NCBI GenBank assembly: GCA_964016885.1
Contig: OZ024744.1
Location: forward strand, 122,450,001-122,514,000
Length of the DNA: 64,000 nt
Origin: Eledone cirrhosa
Lineage: Eukaryota
Reading direction: 5' to 3'
This document shows positions 63,101 to 64,000 of the stretch, in pieces (the stretch's first letter is position 1; each line of letters begins with the position of its first letter). The position numbers were made by a program, and so were the translations under genes. Under the pieces are notes generated by a model. That model ran no database searches, was not told the origin of the DNA, and saw nothing but the letters and a program-made list of their open reading frames with translations.

Positions 63101-64000
63101 GTAGTTAGGTTTAGGGTTCTACACTGTAGTTAGTTCTAGGGTTCTGTAGTGTAGTTAGATTTAGGGTTCTATACTGTAGGTAGGTGTGGGGTTCTATACT
63201 GCAGTTTGGTCTAGGGTTCTATACTGTAGTTAGGTTTAGGGTTCTATACTGTGGTTAGGTCTAGGGTTCTATACTGTAGCTAGGTCTAGGATTCTATATT
63301 GTAGTTAGGTTTAGGGTTCTGTAGTGTAGTTAGGTTTAGGGTTCTATACTGTAGTTAGGTTTAGGGTTCTGTACTGTAGTTAGGTTTAGGTTCCTATACT
63401 GTAGTTAGGTTTAGGGTTCTGTACTGTAGTTAGGTCTAGGGTTCTATACTGTAGCTAGGCCTAGGGTTCTATACTGTAGTTAGATTTAGGGTTCTGTACT
63501 GTAGCTAGGTCTAGGATTCTATACTGTAGTTAGGTTTAGGATTCTGTACTGCAGTTAGGTTTAGGGATCTATACTGTAGTTAGGTTTAGGGTTCTATACT
63601 GTAGTTAGGTTTAGGGTTCTATACTGTAGTTAGGTCTAGGGTTCTATACTGTAGTTAGATCTAGGGTTTTAAACTGAGTTAGGTTTAGGGTTCTAAACTG
63701 TAGTGAGGTTTAAGGTTCTATACTGTAGTTAGGTTTAGGGTTCTGTACAGTAGTTAGGTTTAGGTTTCTGTAGTGTAGTTAGGTTTAGGGTTCTGTAGTG
63801 TAGTTAGGTCTAGGGTTCTATACTGTAATTAGGTCTAGGGTTCTATATTGTAGTTAGGTGTAGGGTTGATAGTGTAGTTAGGTCTAGGGTTCTATACTGT
63901 AGTTAGGTCTAGGGTTCTATACTGTAGGTAGGTGTAGGGTTCTATACTGTAGTTAGGTCTAGGGTTCTATACTGTAGTTAGGTCTAGGGTTCTATAGTGT
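51140..64000 (+). repeat. Right-hand sub-array: about four copies of a 2.4-4.1-kb higher-order unit with nested ~600-bp duplications
   Basis: GGTCAAGGG at C52116, C54565, C58638, C62611 (offsets 2449, 4073, 3973). CTACGGTTGTACGCTG at 52819, 55268, 59341. CTAGGCTTCTACACTATAG pairs 600 bp apart (52541/53141, ~54990/55590, ~59063/59663). AAACTGAGTT pairs 599 bp apart (56300/56899, 60373/60972). Confidence 0.88.

Larger units (their letters stand above)
1..64000 (+). repeat. 25-bp tandem satellite array, consensus TTAGGTYTAGGGTTCTRTASTGTAG, containing telomere-like TTAGG/TTTAGGG motifs; runs off both ends of the window
   Basis: YTAGGGTTCT recurs every 25 bp from position 1 (1, 26, 51, 76, 101...) to the end. 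Three common dimorphic sites (Y, R, S) plus scattered substitutions and rare indels. The + strand is G/T-rich and C-poor throughout (one consensus form: 11 T, 7 G, 5 A, 2 C). No inversion or non-repeat insertion was seen. Confidence 0.98.

Noticed and set aside
1-64000. Protein-coding ORF, such as a repeat protein
   Set aside because: Each monomer has at least three TAG on the + strand, and TAA plus TAA/TAG on the - strand (CTACAGTATAGAACCCTARACCTAA). Because 25 is not a multiple of 3, stops rotate through all six frames within a few monomers.
1-64000. CRISPR array (repeat length is in the CRISPR range)
   Set aside because: Monomers are directly head-to-tail with no unique spacers, no leader and no cas genes.
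1-64000. Canonical telomerase-made telomere tract, including long 23-25-bp yeast-type repeats
   Set aside because: There are no runs of (TTAGGG)n or (TTTAGGG)n. The monomer does not resemble the Kluyveromyces lactis or Candida albicans repeats as I recall them. Rare variants are inherited in multi-kb blocks, which indicates DNA-templated copying and not fresh synthesis from one RNA template.
1-64000. Strong G-quadruplex-forming array
   Set aside because: There is only one GGG and one GG per 25 bp, with GGG tracts 22 nt apart. This does not meet the usual G3N1-7 pattern, so at most weak two-tier structures are plausible.
1-64000. TATA boxes or telo-box promoter elements (TATA, AACCCTA on the - strand)
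   Set aside because: These are by-products of the monomer repeated thousands of times, with no adjacent gene or unique context.
1-64000. Plasmodium rep20 or another named subtelomeric repeat
   Set aside because: The period is 25 bp, not 21 bp, and I cannot match the consensus to any named family without a database search.
1-64000. Embedded transposon, inversion or unique island
   Set aside because: Reading through the window, every line conforms to the monomer in the same orientation. The largest disruptions are a few-base indels and short clusters of substitutions.

Overview
The whole 64-kb window is one uninterrupted, single-orientation tandem array of a 25-bp monomer (about 2,560 copies by length), consensus TTAGGTYTAGGGTTCTRTASTGTAG on the + strand. 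I see no genes, RNA genes, transposons, CRISPR spacers or unique sequence. Each monomer splits into a 14-bp telomere-like part (TTAGG, TTTAGGG/TCTAGGG) and an 11-bp quasi-palindrome (CTRTA-S-TGTAG). This fits a eukaryotic telomere-related satellite (subtelomeric or interstitial); the host cannot be identified from the sequence. The informative structure lies in the variants. Rare marker monomers reveal nested duplications with offsets of about 225, 600, 1050, 1149, 1924, 2444, 2449, 4073, 6879 and 9,500-10,750 bp. They also reveal a recurring ordered cassette of variant monomers, a switch of subfamily near 51 kb, and one out-of-register microhomology junction near 48.19 kb. All coordinates and counts were read by eye, and block boundaries are approximate.
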